Below are positions 63,281 to 64,000 of a stretch of DNA of 64,000 nucleotides, piece after piece. Numbering within the stretch: position 1 is the stretch's first letter; each line of letters begins with the position of its first letter. The stretch is from positions 103,354,001 through 103,418,000 of the forward strand of contig OZ024742.1 in the NCBI GenBank assembly GCA_964016885.1, written 5' to 3'. A program made the translations under genes and the position numbers. This DNA is from Eledone cirrhosa. Its lineage: Eukaryota. The notes beneath the pieces are model-generated. The model was not told where the DNA came from and did not search any database. It was given only the letters and a program-made list of their open reading frames with translations.

Positions 63281-63804
63281 TTAACAAAGGTTCTTACATA
63301 AAATCATGATAGAAGGATTTTAGATAAATGTAAACCCTTAAAAATAAAGTTTTGTATTGAAAAACTAGGGGTAGTTTCAGGTAATTTGATATGAAAAGGG
63401 CTAAAATCTGAAGTTCAAGTAAACTGGTAATGGTCTGTATCAGTAGTAGTTAAAGTTATAGAAAAGAAAATATTTATCTAAACAGGTATAATTCTTAGAT
63501 TATTATCTCACATCCTGACGATGTTGGCCTATTTGCTCTGTATGTTATGATTTGGAACATAGTTGTGTTTAAAAGGAAGCTGCTGCTGATGTTGCTGTTG
63601 GTACTGATAATTATGCTGGCTCCAGCATTACACTTGGGAAAAAAATGATGTAGATGATGTTTTTTGTTTGGTGTCACTAATAATGTAGTCATTCCTTAGC
63701 TTTGGGCAGTTTTGCATGAGTAGACTTACAGCATAGAGGCAACTGAACAAACACATAGAGCAGCTTATAGCTCTAGTATATTGGGATGGTCTATAGCTTT
63801 ATCA

Positions 63805-63900
63805 CAGAGGTTCTCAAACTTTTGGGGCCACCGCCCCACTCACAGCCACGTAATATCCTCAGCGCCCCCACCTCTGTTATCAGAGAGACTTGCCTACATA
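63805..63900. mobile_element. Left end of a hAT/Charlie-like MITE
   Basis: Begins CAGAGGTTCTCAAACTTTT; other end not in window. Confidence 0.4.
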
Positions 63901-64000
63901 CAAACTGTAAATAATATATAATAAATAAAATCGTTAATTGATATATAATAAATAATATAATATATACTATGCATAAATAAATATTATATATTTTTTGTTT

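Noticed and set aside
63495-63692. Short ORFs on either strand near the window end
   Set aside because: No recognisable homology or consistent splice pair.

Overview
AT-rich, repeat-dense eukaryotic genomic DNA. The SINE, Penelope, RTE and CRE repertoire and the long (TA)n tracts suggest an octopus or related coleoid cephalopod (inference, not database-checked). Two host genes are supported, both on the minus strand. The first is a set of five short GT-AG exons (57746 to 45902), invisible in the ORF track, that splice in frame into the C-terminal half of an ARMH1/C1orf228-like protein. The second is an intronless 326-aa ORF (29008-29988) for a secreted, Cys-rich, probably GPI-anchored protein with an internal two-fold repeat. 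The rest is mobile DNA: three Tx1-clade LINE copies (two flanked by (ATT)n at both ends); dozens of tRNA-derived SINE copies whose 3' end resembles the Tx1 3' end; three Penelope-like elements with inverted pseudo-LTRs carrying hammerhead ribozymes (a canonical minimal type and a U3:A8 variant); a truncated Ty3/Gypsy; CRE-, HERO- and RTE-like fragments; Helitron and MITE remnants; several fold-back inverted repeats; and a 2.2-kb 30-bp satellite. No CRISPR array, rRNA or functional tRNA is supported. Coordinates were read by eye.
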